Of a stretch of 64,000 nt of DNA, positions 39,919 through 49,615 are shown piece by piece. Each line of letters starts with the position of its first letter. Positions within the stretch are counted from its first letter, which is position 1. The stretch lies in contig CBDDCK010000005.1 in assembly GCA_965225855.1 (NCBI GenBank), forward strand, positions 160,001 through 224,000, given 5' to 3'. Below the pieces are notes generated by a model, which saw only the letters and a program-made list of their open reading frames with translations, was not told the origin of the DNA and did no database searches. Both the position numbers and the translations under genes were made by a program. This DNA is from Spirochaetia bacterium (GTDB taxonomy: Bacteria > Spirochaetota > Spirochaetia > SP-2023).

Positions 39919-40671
39919 TTAGTTTTTCAATTCATAATACATTTTGACCAGGTCTTCATTGCGTTCTTGCTCCATGGTTTCAAAAAAAGCTGTATCGACT
40001 TGGGCTAAATATTTAGCCACATCGCCTCGGGTTTTCCTACTGCGATCCGAAAGCTTTGCAGCTAGAATGGAGACATGCGTTTTCAATTCTTCTAACCTTG
40101 TTCGTGCTTCTGGGGTTTTCAGTTTTGCCATGCTAGCTTCATATTTAGTAAAAAACTCTTTAGCACGTTGCAATTGTTCTTTTGTTAGATTCTTAAAAAA
40201 TGTAGGTATTTGGATTGTTGTACGCAAATACATTTGTTTTGCCTCAAGATTGTCGGGAATATTGGGCAGAACAAATTCATAATTTCCCAAGCCGCGATTA
40301 GTGTAGCTGATTCGATCTTTCAGCTTACTACTCCTATCGGCAACGCCCATATTAATAAAGCCAGATAATAAAGCCAGAGTCAAATCATTGCGGTTGCGGC
40401 GGTAGATACGATTGATAATTTCGCTAGCCTTTTTGGCTAGTTCTAAGGCCTTTTTATCGTTTTTCTCATCGCGAGAAAACAAAAATAGGGAAACAGCTGA
40501 CTTACGTTTTTCTAAAAGTAAACCACTTTCGGCTTTTGCCCTTGCTTGGGCTTCATTGGCATAGGTTTGCCATATTACCCTTCCTAGAATAGGTCTATTT
40601 ATATCTTGGGCATGAATATTGGTTACCCAATTACATGCTAAGCATATTAGCAGTAGGCTGCGTTTAAACAT
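39919..40671 (-). CDS. Exported basic helical hypothetical protein
   Basis: Signal peptide ending IHA-QD; RBS aggag. Confidence 0.7.
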   Translation of the reverse strand: MFKRSLLLICLACNWVTNIHAQDINRPILGRVIWQTYANEAQARAKAESGLLLEKRKSAVSLFLFSRDEKNDKKALELAKKASEIINRIYRRNRNDLTLALLSGFINMGVADRSSKLKDRISYTNRGLGNYEFVLPNIPDNLEAKQMYLRTTIQIPTFFKNLTKEQLQRAKEFFTKYEASMAKLKTPEARTRLEELKTHVSILAAKLSDRSRKTRGDVAKYLAQVDTAFFETMEQERNEDLVKMYYELKN

Positions 40672-40955
40672 TTTATGTTCTCCTAATACGTTCTTGAAAT
40701 AGATATATTAGGCAGTTAGCAAAGAAAATTCATCATCTAAGAGTATGAATTGAGATAAAAATCTTTTTTATCAAACTTTTTGTTATTCAGTTTTCAGTAG
40801 CAACTCAACTAAACAATATAAACTAAGTATGAATCTATATGAAATAGCCAAAAAACCTGAAACCCAGATAAGATTTCGCTTTATATTTTCCAAATATTTT
40901 TAAGCTAAACCAAACGGCTTAACAGACTAGCAAACTTGAATAGCACACGACAAGT

Positions 40956-41945
40956 TTAAAAAGTTTTGTTCTGTTCCCAGTGCCAGGCCGTGCTAATAAT
41001 TTGGCCTAAATCACGCTGTGGATTCCAAGCTAATTCGGCCTTGGCCTTACTACTATTGGCAATTAAACGAGCAGGGTCTCCGGGCCGAACAGGCCCCACT
41101 TCACAGGAAAAGTCGATACCAGTGATTTCTTTAGCTTTAGCAATTACTTCCCGTACCGAATAACCACTGCCACTGCCTAAGTTATAATCTGCAGAAATAT
41201 GCTGTTTGAGCATTTTTTCTAGTGCTAATACATGAGCTTTGGCTAAGTCATTAACATGGATAAAATCACGAATGCAAGAGCCATCGAAGGTGGGCCAATT
41301 GTCACCATAGATAATCAATTTCTCGCGGCGGCCCATAGCCGCTTCCAAGACAATGGAAATTAAATGTGTTGCTGGCTGGTACGATTGGCCTATTTTGCCA
41401 CCTTCATCGGCACCACAAGCATTGAAATAACGCAGTACTGTGGATTGCAAACCGTAAGCACGCTTGTAATCTTGTAACATCCATTCAACCATTAGCTTAG
41501 TGCGCCCATAGGGATTGAGGGGCATTTGCGGGTGCTGCTCATCAATTCTATCGGTTTGAGGTTTTCCAAAAGTGGCCGCAGTCGAGCTAAAAACAAAGTA
41601 CTTGATATTGCACGTTAGCATAGCCGCTAGCAAGCGTTGTACTTTGGTAACATTGTTTTCATAGTATAATTGTGGGTTGCTCACAGAAGTACCTACTTCA
41701 ATAAAGGCGGCAAAGTGCATTACTAAATCAATTTGATATTGACGCAGCACTTGTAAGATCTTTTCATAATCACCCAAATCACCCAGTACAAACAGGATTT
41801 CCGGCGAGATAGCGATAATTGCTTGCCGGTGACCTTTGCTTAGATCATCGTAAACAAATACGTTATGTTTGGTATTGTTCTTAATGTAGTTTACGGTATG
41901 CGAACCTATGTAGCCTGCGCCACCAACCACTAAAATATTTGCCAT
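40956..41945 (-). CDS. galE: UDP-glucose 4-epimerase
   Basis: GGAGYIGSH, HFAA, SSTAA, YGRTK, LRYFNA and RDFIHV. Confidence 0.95.
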   Translation of the reverse strand: MANILVVGGAGYIGSHTVNYIKNNTKHNVFVYDDLSKGHRQAIIAISPEILFVLGDLGDYEKILQVLRQYQIDLVMHFAAFIEVGTSVSNPQLYYENNVTKVQRLLAAMLTCNIKYFVFSSTAATFGKPQTDRIDEQHPQMPLNPYGRTKLMVEWMLQDYKRAYGLQSTVLRYFNACGADEGGKIGQSYQPATHLISIVLEAAMGRREKLIIYGDNWPTFDGSCIRDFIHVNDLAKAHVLALEKMLKQHISADYNLGSGSGYSVREVIAKAKEITGIDFSCEVGPVRPGDPARLIANSSKAKAELAWNPQRDLGQIISTAWHWEQNKTF

Positions 41946-41999
41946 AGTTGCTTTGCCTCTTTGTATCATTTTTTGTGGCAGATTATACAAACAAAGTAT

Positions 42000-43277
42000 T
42001 CATTGTAAAGTTTTGTGGCGTAATTCCAAAAGTAAAGGCAAATGGTCTGAAATGCCGCTCAATGTTTGTTTGCGCCAAGCGTTAGGTTGGCCATCTGCTA
42101 GTACAAGCGGGGCAAAACGAGGCACAGTAAAACGGGCAAACTGCCATTTACGGGCGTTGGTATTGGCATACTCTGGAAAGAATTGAGCCACGAGAAAGAT
42201 ATTGTCAATTGCTTGCCATGCTCCGCGAAAGTAATAACTACCTTGGGATATTTGCTTAAATGACTTGTCTTTTGAGGCCAATTGTTCTTGTAAGATGGGC
42301 TGTTGTAAAATGGGGGCTTGGAAATATGGCTCAATAATTGCTGAATCAAAAATTGCATCGTAGGCAAACCAAGGGCTAAACAATGGCAATGGGGGCATTA
42401 GGCTAGGTGAATCCACTACAGGGCAGTTTACGTTGGAAGATTGTTGGGCTTGTTGTGGTTGGCAAGACCCATGTTTTAAGCCATATAAAATGGCAAGAGA
42501 ACTGTCGGTATATCGCACAAAGCTGTCCGCAGGTTCATTAAAATCACCCAAGACTAAAACGTAATTCCCATTTAATTGTTGTAGCCTTTGCGTAAGTACG
42601 GTTGCTGCTTGTTGCCGTTGGCCTAAGGTTTGATAATAACCCCCTCGTTGAGACTTCCAATGATTGAGCAACAATATTAGGCCATTTTCTAGGTGCACTT
42701 CAATGATAGCCCGCAATTGTTTTTGGTTGTTGGCGGTAAAACCTATTTCATGGCGTAGGCTTCTTTGAATAGCTATTCTGCTCAATAGGCCGATGTTGAT
42801 AGCCTGCCTTTTTTGGGGCAATAATAAATGGTAGCGGTAGGGTTGGTGCAATTGTAGGTTCAGTTGGTGCAATGCGGGTTTACTCTCTACTTCCATTAGG
42901 GCTAGAATGTCGGCATTTAGGCGGTCTAGCACCGCAGCTAGGCTTTTGATACGGTAGCGGAAGCCGGTTTCTCCCCAAGTTTCTTCCCAAGTATTGGACG
43001 AAGCTCGTTCTTTTGCTTTGGTTGTTTGGTTGGTTTGTTCGCCACGTTCTGCAGCCTCTCTTGGGTCATATCTTGGGTCATATTCTGGGTATTCGGTGCC
43101 TTGCCATTGGCTGTCAAATAGATTTTGTACGTTCCAAGAGACTAAGCGCAAATGCCCAGATGCTATGGGGATTTGAGCATCTGCTTGCTGGCCATTTTTT
43201 GTGCTAGCAATGCATGCACAGAGTAAGAGTAGCCAGCCTACCCATAAATAACGTCTTAGCACAACAACCTCTAACAA
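42000..43277 (-). CDS. Endonuclease/exonuclease/phosphatase-family lipoprotein
   Basis: SWNVQNLFD, NHWKS, LGDFN and SDHLP; Cys-containing signal. Confidence 0.85.
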   Translation of the reverse strand: MLEVVVLRRYLWVGWLLLLCACIASTKNGQQADAQIPIASGHLRLVSWNVQNLFDSQWQGTEYPEYDPRYDPREAAERGEQTNQTTKAKERASSNTWEETWGETGFRYRIKSLAAVLDRLNADILALMEVESKPALHQLNLQLHQPYRYHLLLPQKRQAINIGLLSRIAIQRSLRHEIGFTANNQKQLRAIIEVHLENGLILLLNHWKSQRGGYYQTLGQRQQAATVLTQRLQQLNGNYVLVLGDFNEPADSFVRYTDSSLAILYGLKHGSCQPQQAQQSSNVNCPVVDSPSLMPPLPLFSPWFAYDAIFDSAIIEPYFQAPILQQPILQEQLASKDKSFKQISQGSYYFRGAWQAIDNIFLVAQFFPEYANTNARKWQFARFTVPRFAPLVLADGQPNAWRKQTLSGISDHLPLLLELRHKTLQ

Positions 43278-43705
43278 TAGACTTCTAGCTTGAATAGGTT
43301 GTTTTTATCCACTTTCTCATGCTGGGCGTGAATTTTCTAACAAAAGACAGAAGTTGTTGCTAGTTATTATATATTTGTAGTGCCACACTTATGCACAACT
43401 TTGAAACTTATCTTAGTTGTAACACCCAGAGTTTGAGAAAATTTAGTATGTGCGAGCGTATTGTGTACCAAGCCCCCACCAAAAGGCAAATAAAGTAGTC
43501 GATCGTAAAAACTAGATTATCATAGTGAAAATTATTCCACTACCAAGCGAGTAGTGGGTTGCTAACCATAGTACCCACCCAAAAGGCCAGCAAGGCTTGG
43601 CGAAAGTTTATCTTGTTACAAAAAATTCTTGTTAGTTATTAAGAAACTCTCTTAATTTTTATGGCAACTTTTTAGCTTGGTGGTTTTGGCCTTGCTATGA
43701 TATAG

Positions 43706-43745
43706 CTTTCCGCCTTGGATCAAGGCCTTGATCCAAGGCGGAAAG
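43706..43745. repeat. Perfect 40-bp spacerless palindrome
   Basis: ctttccgccttggatcaagg|ccttgatccaaggcggaaag. Confidence 0.95.
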
Positions 43746-43949
43746 ATGTATTGCACCAATGCGGAACAATACTTTATACCAAGGCTATAATTGGTAAAAG
43801 CAGCCTTGATAAAAAACTTACCAAGGCTGCAATTGGCCAACTAAGCATTGCTTACCGCATTTACTTGGTTGACCGCCCGCTAGCTTTGACTTAGCCTATG
43901 CTCTAATAGCTATTGGGCAAGCAAGGTTAAACCAAACCCTACTTAAAAT

Positions 43950-45800
43950 TTATAAAACTTCAATACTAGTGGTTGTGTCTGCTGGACTACCCATTACAAA
44001 TCCTGCTGCTGCTTTAAGGTTGTATGCACCATTATTATCACGAAGACCAGTCTTAACCAGTATCTTATCGGCTTCCGCTTTTACACTACCGCTTAAAGTA
44101 ATGAAGAAGACGGTTTTTAATACAACTTTGCCTGTTGCTGTGTTTTCACCTGCGGTTGCGTGCTGGGGTAATGTGTAGCTATTATTACCATCACCGGATA
44201 CAAGCGTCAATTTGCTAAAGTCCCAGTCTGCAACTGTTGACGGTAAATTGACACCATAAAGCCGTAACTGGCCTTTATTAGGAAGGTAGTATACGAAGTT
44301 GATCTGGCTTGCGTAGCCACTAACGGTAATAGGGTTATTGCTTGTGTCTGCTGCCCTACCACCTGCAAAGCCTGCTGCTGCTTCCAGGTTGTATGCACCA
44401 CCAGTAATTCCTGTAAGACCATTCCTAGACAACATATCCTCGGCTTCCGCTTGCGCTTTTACCCTACCGCTTAAAGTAATCGTTAAGCTTGTTGCACTTG
44501 CTGCAGAACCTTCGGCTCTGTTTGCACCTGTGGTTGCGTGCTGGGGTAATGTGTAGCTGTGTAAACTATAACTTATTTTAAACCTCAATTTGCTAAAGTC
44601 CCAGCCTGCAACTGCTTTTGGTAAATTAGTACCTGTAATCACTAACACGCCTGTATTAGCATTGTAGGTTGCACTGGTAATTGCGGGTGGGTGTCCACTA
44701 ACGGCTAAGGCTTTGGCTGTATCTAAACCTGCCCAAGTACCAGTGCCAACGCTAAGCAACCCATCTTTTAGACCATTGCTATCCATACCGGGCTTGCCAT
44801 TTAGAGTAGCTTTATGTTGATCGGTAAGGTAAAGCCAAATCGCTGTGCCATCGCCTTTAATACGGTACTTACCTTTTGCAAGACTGCGACTATCTGGCCC
44901 AGTGGCTGTGCCATCTGCAGTATAGGAATCTAAAGCTATCCCATCTACCGTGATGGTTTGGATTTGGGCTTGGGTCGCACTAGCTAAGTGAGTACCTTGT
45001 AAAGTTAACAGCGCCGTGCCGACATGGTAGGTTGCACGGGTAATTGCAGCTTCGGGTAGTTCAGACGACTGCTCTTCGGTTTCGGTCTTAGACTGCTTAT
45101 CTTCGGCTTGTTCGGTTTGTTCGGCTTCGGGTAGTTCAGACGACTGCTCTTCGGTTTCGGTCTTAGACTGCTTATCTTCAGCTTGTTCGTCTTGTTCGTC
45201 TTTAGGTTGCTTAGGCGACTCCTCTTCAGCTTGTTCGACTTGTTTGTCTTTAGGTTGCTTAGGCGATTGATCATCGACTTGTTCGGTTTGTTCGGCTTCG
45301 GGTAACTTAGGCGACTCTTCTTCGGTTTCGGTCTGCTTATCGGGTATATTGCTAACGGTTAAGTCTTTGGCTGTATCTAAACCCGCCCAAGCACCAGAGC
45401 TAGTAAGCAACCCTTTTTTTAGACCATTGCTACCCACCTTGGCCTCAAGAACAGCTTTATGTTGATCGGTAAGTTTCAGCCAAAGCGCTGTGCCATCGGT
45501 TGCAATACGGTACTTACCTTTTGCAAGATCGCGACTATCTGGCCCAGTGGCTGGGTCATCTGCAGTATAGGAACTTAAGGCTACCCCATCTACTACGATG
45601 GTTTGGATTTGCGCTTCTGTAGGACTTAAGTTAGTACCTTGTACGGTTAACAGCGCCGTAGCAAAGTCGTAGATGGCGTTATTGATAGTCGGCTTAGACG
45701 GCCCAGAAGATCGATCATCGTCATCGGGTGGTGCGCAGGCAAAGGCCATAAAGGCCAGTAGCCAGGCTAATGGCAATAAAAATAGTTTGAGCTTATACAT
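43950..45800 (-). CDS. Surface lipoprotein (paralog 2 of 12799-14517)
   Basis: Near-identical N-terminus (FMAFA-CAPPDDDDRSS), same A-linker-A-B-B layout; longer acidic linker with a 75-bp duplication. Confidence 0.87.
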   Translation of the reverse strand: MYKLKLFLLPLAWLLAFMAFACAPPDDDDRSSGPSKPTINNAIYDFATALLTVQGTNLSPTEAQIQTIVVDGVALSSYTADDPATGPDSRDLAKGKYRIATDGTALWLKLTDQHKAVLEAKVGSNGLKKGLLTSSGAWAGLDTAKDLTVSNIPDKQTETEEESPKLPEAEQTEQVDDQSPKQPKDKQVEQAEEESPKQPKDEQDEQAEDKQSKTETEEQSSELPEAEQTEQAEDKQSKTETEEQSSELPEAAITRATYHVGTALLTLQGTHLASATQAQIQTITVDGIALDSYTADGTATGPDSRSLAKGKYRIKGDGTAIWLYLTDQHKATLNGKPGMDSNGLKDGLLSVGTGTWAGLDTAKALAVSGHPPAITSATYNANTGVLVITGTNLPKAVAGWDFSKLRFKISYSLHSYTLPQHATTGANRAEGSAASATSLTITLSGRVKAQAEAEDMLSRNGLTGITGGAYNLEAAAGFAGGRAADTSNNPITVSGYASQINFVYYLPNKGQLRLYGVNLPSTVADWDFSKLTLVSGDGNNSYTLPQHATAGENTATGKVVLKTVFFITLSGSVKAEADKILVKTGLRDNNGAYNLKAAAGFVMGSPADTTTSIEVL

Positions 45801-46265
45801 AAGCAATACCTCCAACAAGGGATAAAGATTAGCCAACCCATACGGGCTAGTGCATAGAGCCCTATTGTGTTAGGGGGGGAATTGAGTCAAGGCCTATATA
45901 AGATTTTTGTAAGTTTTTTTGTGCTTTTTTTATGTGTTGGCACTTTTTTTGTGTGTTAGTGTTGTTTTAGTGTTGGTTGGGGGTTAAAAATAAATGCCAA
46001 TCCATTTGCATTGAATATTAGTTGAATCTATAAACAATCAAAGCAACCAATCCATAGTTATAGACGCAACCAGTCCATAATTGTTACTTTTCAAAAGTAC
46101 ATAATTAGGGCATGGTTTGGTTTTTGTTGTGAAGGCTTGGGGTTGAGAGGGGTGGTGGCTTTTTGGAAAATTCCCCGTTATTGATAGTAAAGTATGCTTT
46201 GCTTTAATTGTTATTGGGTAAGCGCAGTCAAACTAAACCCCACTAATGAAACCTGTTGTGTCTTT

Positions 46266-49202
46266 TCACTCACCACCTGCAAATCCTTCTGATACTGACA
46301 AACATCTTTTGCAAATCAGTTTTCCGTATTTTGCCTCACCATCTGCAAATCCTTCTGATGATTCAAGGTTGTATGCACTAGGATTATCACGAATACCATA
46401 CTTAACCAGTATAGCATCGGCTTTGGCTTTTTCACTACCGCTTAAAGTAATCGTTAAGCTTGTTGTACTTGCATCAGAACCTGTGGCTGTGTCTCTACCT
46501 GAAGTTGCGTGCGCTTTTAGTGGAGCACTCTTAGAACCATTACCTGCGACAAACTGCAATTTGGTAAAGTCCCAGTCATCAACTGCTGTTGGTAAATTGA
46601 CACCTGTAATCACTAATTTACCCGTATCTACAGTATAGGTTACGCTGGTGATTGCGGGTAGCTTAGTAGGGGACTGCGGATTGTTTGCGCTTAGCTTATT
46701 AGACGACTGCGGATTGTTTGGGCTTGGCTTATTAGACGACTGCGGATTATTTGTGCTTAGCTTAGGAGTCGACTTTGGATTGTTTGTGCTTAGCTTAGTA
46801 GGGGACTGCGGATTGTTTGCGCTTAGCTTATTAGACGACTGCGGATTGTTTGGGCTTGGCTTAGTAGGGGACTGCGGATTGTTTGCGCTTAGCTTAGTAG
46901 TCGACTGCGGATTGTTTGGGCTTGGCTTATTAGACGACTGCTCATTAGCTGCGCTTAGCTTATTAGACGACTGCGGATTGTTTGGGCTTGGCTTATTAGA
47001 CGACTGCTCATTAGCTGCGCTTAGCTTATTAGACGACTGCGGATTGTTTAGGCTTGGCTTAGGAGTCGACTGCGTATTGTTTGTGCTTAAATTAGGAGGG
47101 GACTGTTGATTGTTTGTGCTTAGCTTAGTAGTCGACTGTTGATTGTTTGCGCTTGGATTGGTAGTCGACTGTTGATTGTTTGTGCTTAGCTTAGTAGTCG
47201 ACTGTTGATTGTTTGCGCTTGGATTAGGAGACGACTGTTGATTGTTTGTGCTTAGCTTAGTAGTCGACTGTTGATTGTTTGCGCTTGGATTAGGAGACGA
47301 CTGTTGATTGTTTGTGCTTAGCTTAGTAGTCGACTGCGTATTGTTTGTGCTTAGCTTAGTAGTCGACTGCGTATTGTTTGTGCTTAGCTTAGTAGTCGAC
47401 TGTTGATTGTTTGCGCTTGGCTTAGTAGTTGACTGCGTATTGTTTGTACTTGGCTTAGTAGTTGACTGCGGATTGTTTGGGCTTGGATTGGTAGGGGACT
47501 GCGGATTGTTTGGGCTTAGCTTAGTAGGGGACTGCGTATTGTTTGCGCTTGGATTGGTAGAAGACTGTTGATTGTTTGGGCTTAGCTTAGTAGGGGACTG
47601 CGTATTGTTTGCGCTTGGATTGGTAGAAGACTGTTGATTGTTTGCGCTTGGATTGGTAGAAGACTGTTGATTGTTTGCGCTTAGCTTAGTAGGGGACTGC
47701 GGATTGTTTGCGCTTGGATTGGTAGTCGACTGCGGATTGTTTGTGCTTGGCTTAGTAGTCGACTGTTGATTGTTTGCGCTTAGCTTAGTAGTCGACTGTT
47801 GATTGTTTGCGCTTGGATTGGTAGTCGACTGCGGATTGTTTGCGCTTGGATTGGTAGAAGACTGTTGATTGTTTGCGCTTGGATTGGTAGAAGACTGTTG
47901 ATTGTTTGCGCTTAGCTTAGTAGGGGACTGCGGATTGTTTGCGCTTAGCTTAGTAGGGGACTGCGGATTGTTTGTGCTTAGCTTAGTAGGGGACTGCGGA
48001 TTGTTTGCGCTTGGATTAGTAGGGGACTGCGGATTGTTTGCGCTTGGATTGGTAGTCGACTGCGGATTGTTTGCGCTTGGCTTAGTAGTCGACTGTTGAT
48101 TGTTTGTGCTTGGCTTAGTAGAAGACTGCGGATTGTTTGCGCTTGGATTGGTAGTCGACTGTTGATTGTTTGCGCTTGGATTGGTAGTCGACTGTTGATT
48201 GTTTGCGCTTGGATTGGTAGTCGACTGTTGATTGTTTGCGCTTGGATTGGTAGTCGACTGTTGATTGTTTGCGCTTGGATTGGTAGTCGACTGTTGATTG
48301 TTTGCGCTTGGATTGGTAGTCGACTGTTGATTGTTTGCGCTTGGATTGGTAGTCGACTGTTGATTGTTTGCGCTTAGCTTAGTAGAAGACTGCGGATTGT
48401 TTGCGCTTGGATTGGTAGTCGACTGTTGATTGTTTGCGCTTGGATTGGTAGTCGACTGTTGATTGTTTGCGCTTGGATTGGTAGTCGACTGTTGATTGTT
48501 TGCGCTTGGATTGGTAGTCGACTGTTGATTGTTTGCGCTTGGATTGGTAGTCGACTGTTGATTGTTTGCGCTTAGCTTAGTAGAAGACTGCGGATTGTTT
48601 GCGCTTGGATTGGTAGTCGACTGTTGATTGTTTGCGCTTGGATTGGTAGTCGACTGTTGATTGTTTGCGCTTGGATTGGTAGTCGACTGTTGATTGTTTG
48701 CGCTTAGCTTAGTAGAAGACTGCGGATTGTTTGCGCTTGGATTGGTAGAAGACTGTTGATTGTTTGGGCTTGGATTGGTAGGGGACTGCGGATTGTTTGT
48801 GCTTGGCTTAGTAGAAGACTGCGGATTGTTTGCGCTTGGATTGGTAGTCGACTGTTGATTGTTTGCGCTTGGATTGGTAGGCGACTGTTGATTGTTTGCG
48901 CTTGGCTTAGTAGGCGACTGTTGATTGTTTGCGCTTAGATTAGTAGGGGACTGCGGATTGTTTGGGCTTAGATTAGTAGGGGACTGCGGATTGTTTGGGC
49001 TTAGATTAGTAGGGGACTGTTGATTGTTTGCGCTTGGCTTAGTAGGCGACTGATTATTGTTTGCGCTTGGCTTAGTAGGGGACTGCTCATTATCTGCGCT
49101 TGGCTTACGAGGCGACTTATTATTGCCTTTGGCGCAGGAAAACGTCAGTATAAAGCCCAGTAACAACCCTACAGGGAATAAAAATAGTTTATACTTATTC
49201 AT
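46266..49202 (-). CDS. Lipoprotein with S/T/N/Q/P-rich 11-aa repeat stalk and a single domain B (paralog 3)
   Basis: Lipobox ILTFS-C; repeats (A/T/P)NN(Q/P)QS(T/P/S)T(N/K)(P/L)S; C-terminal WDFTKL...ITLSGS domain shared with paralogs 1 and 2. Confidence 0.85.
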   Translation of the reverse strand: MNKYKLFLFPVGLLLGFILTFSCAKGNNKSPRKPSADNEQSPTKPSANNNQSPTKPSANNQQSPTNLSPNNPQSPTNLSPNNPQSPTNLSANNQQSPTKPSANNQQSPTNPSANNQQSTTNPSANNPQSSTKPSTNNPQSPTNPSPNNQQSSTNPSANNPQSSTKLSANNQQSTTNPSANNQQSTTNPSANNQQSTTNPSANNPQSSTKLSANNQQSTTNPSANNQQSTTNPSANNQQSTTNPSANNQQSTTNPSANNQQSTTNPSANNPQSSTKLSANNQQSTTNPSANNQQSTTNPSANNQQSTTNPSANNQQSTTNPSANNQQSTTNPSANNQQSTTNPSANNQQSTTNPSANNPQSSTKPSTNNQQSTTKPSANNPQSTTNPSANNPQSPTNPSANNPQSPTKLSTNNPQSPTKLSANNPQSPTKLSANNQQSSTNPSANNQQSSTNPSANNPQSTTNPSANNQQSTTKLSANNQQSTTKPSTNNPQSTTNPSANNPQSPTKLSANNQQSSTNPSANNQQSSTNPSANNTQSPTKLSPNNQQSSTNPSANNTQSPTKLSPNNPQSPTNPSPNNPQSTTKPSTNNTQSTTKPSANNQQSTTKLSTNNTQSTTKLSTNNTQSTTKLSTNNQQSSPNPSANNQQSTTKLSTNNQQSSPNPSANNQQSTTKLSTNNQQSTTNPSANNQQSTTKLSTNNQQSPPNLSTNNTQSTPKPSLNNPQSSNKLSAANEQSSNKPSPNNPQSSNKLSAANEQSSNKPSPNNPQSTTKLSANNPQSPTKPSPNNPQSSNKLSANNPQSPTKLSTNNPKSTPKLSTNNPQSSNKPSPNNPQSSNKLSANNPQSPTKLPAITSVTYTVDTGKLVITGVNLPTAVDDWDFTKLQFVAGNGSKSAPLKAHATSGRDTATGSDASTTSLTITLSGSEKAKADAILVKYGIRDNPSAYNLESSEGFADGEAKYGKLICKRCLSVSEGFAGGE
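46657..49117 (-). repeat. ~74 x 33-bp coding tandem repeat
   Basis: Unit gactgttgattgtttgcgcttggattggtagtc and variants, contiguous, no spacers. Confidence 0.95.
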
Positions 49203-49615
49203 AGGCAACATCTCTAAAAAGAAATTGAGATTAGCAAACCCATACAAGCTGCTGTATAACGCCCTACTGTATAAGGAGGAGGAGGTGAGTCAAGGCCCTT
49301 ACAAACTTTTAGACACTTTTTTTGTGTTTTTGTTAGGTTCTTAGTATTGTAAGGTGGTTAAAAATCAATACCAATAAATTGATATTCAATATTATCTGAA
49401 TCCATAAATAATCAAAGTGACCAATCCATAGTTATAGACGCGACGAGTCGATAACTATGGGCCGACCTAGTCCATAATTGTTACTTTTAAAAAGTACATA
49501 ATTAGGTTACGGTTTGGTTTTTAGTGTGAAGGCTTGGGGGGTATTAAGCTTTACCGAATGCCCGAAAGCCCAAAGAAAGCTCAAGGTTGTGAAAATTAAC
49601 AATCGGGAACTGTTA

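Noticed and set aside
46657..49117. CRISPR array
   Set aside because: The 33-bp units are contiguous without unique spacers, lie in frame inside a lipoprotein ORF, and no cas genes are present.
46246..49344. Plus-strand ORFs with repeats such as LLIVCAWIGSR and DCGLFALSL
   Set aside because: They are antisense shadows of the coding repeat and lipoprotein gene.
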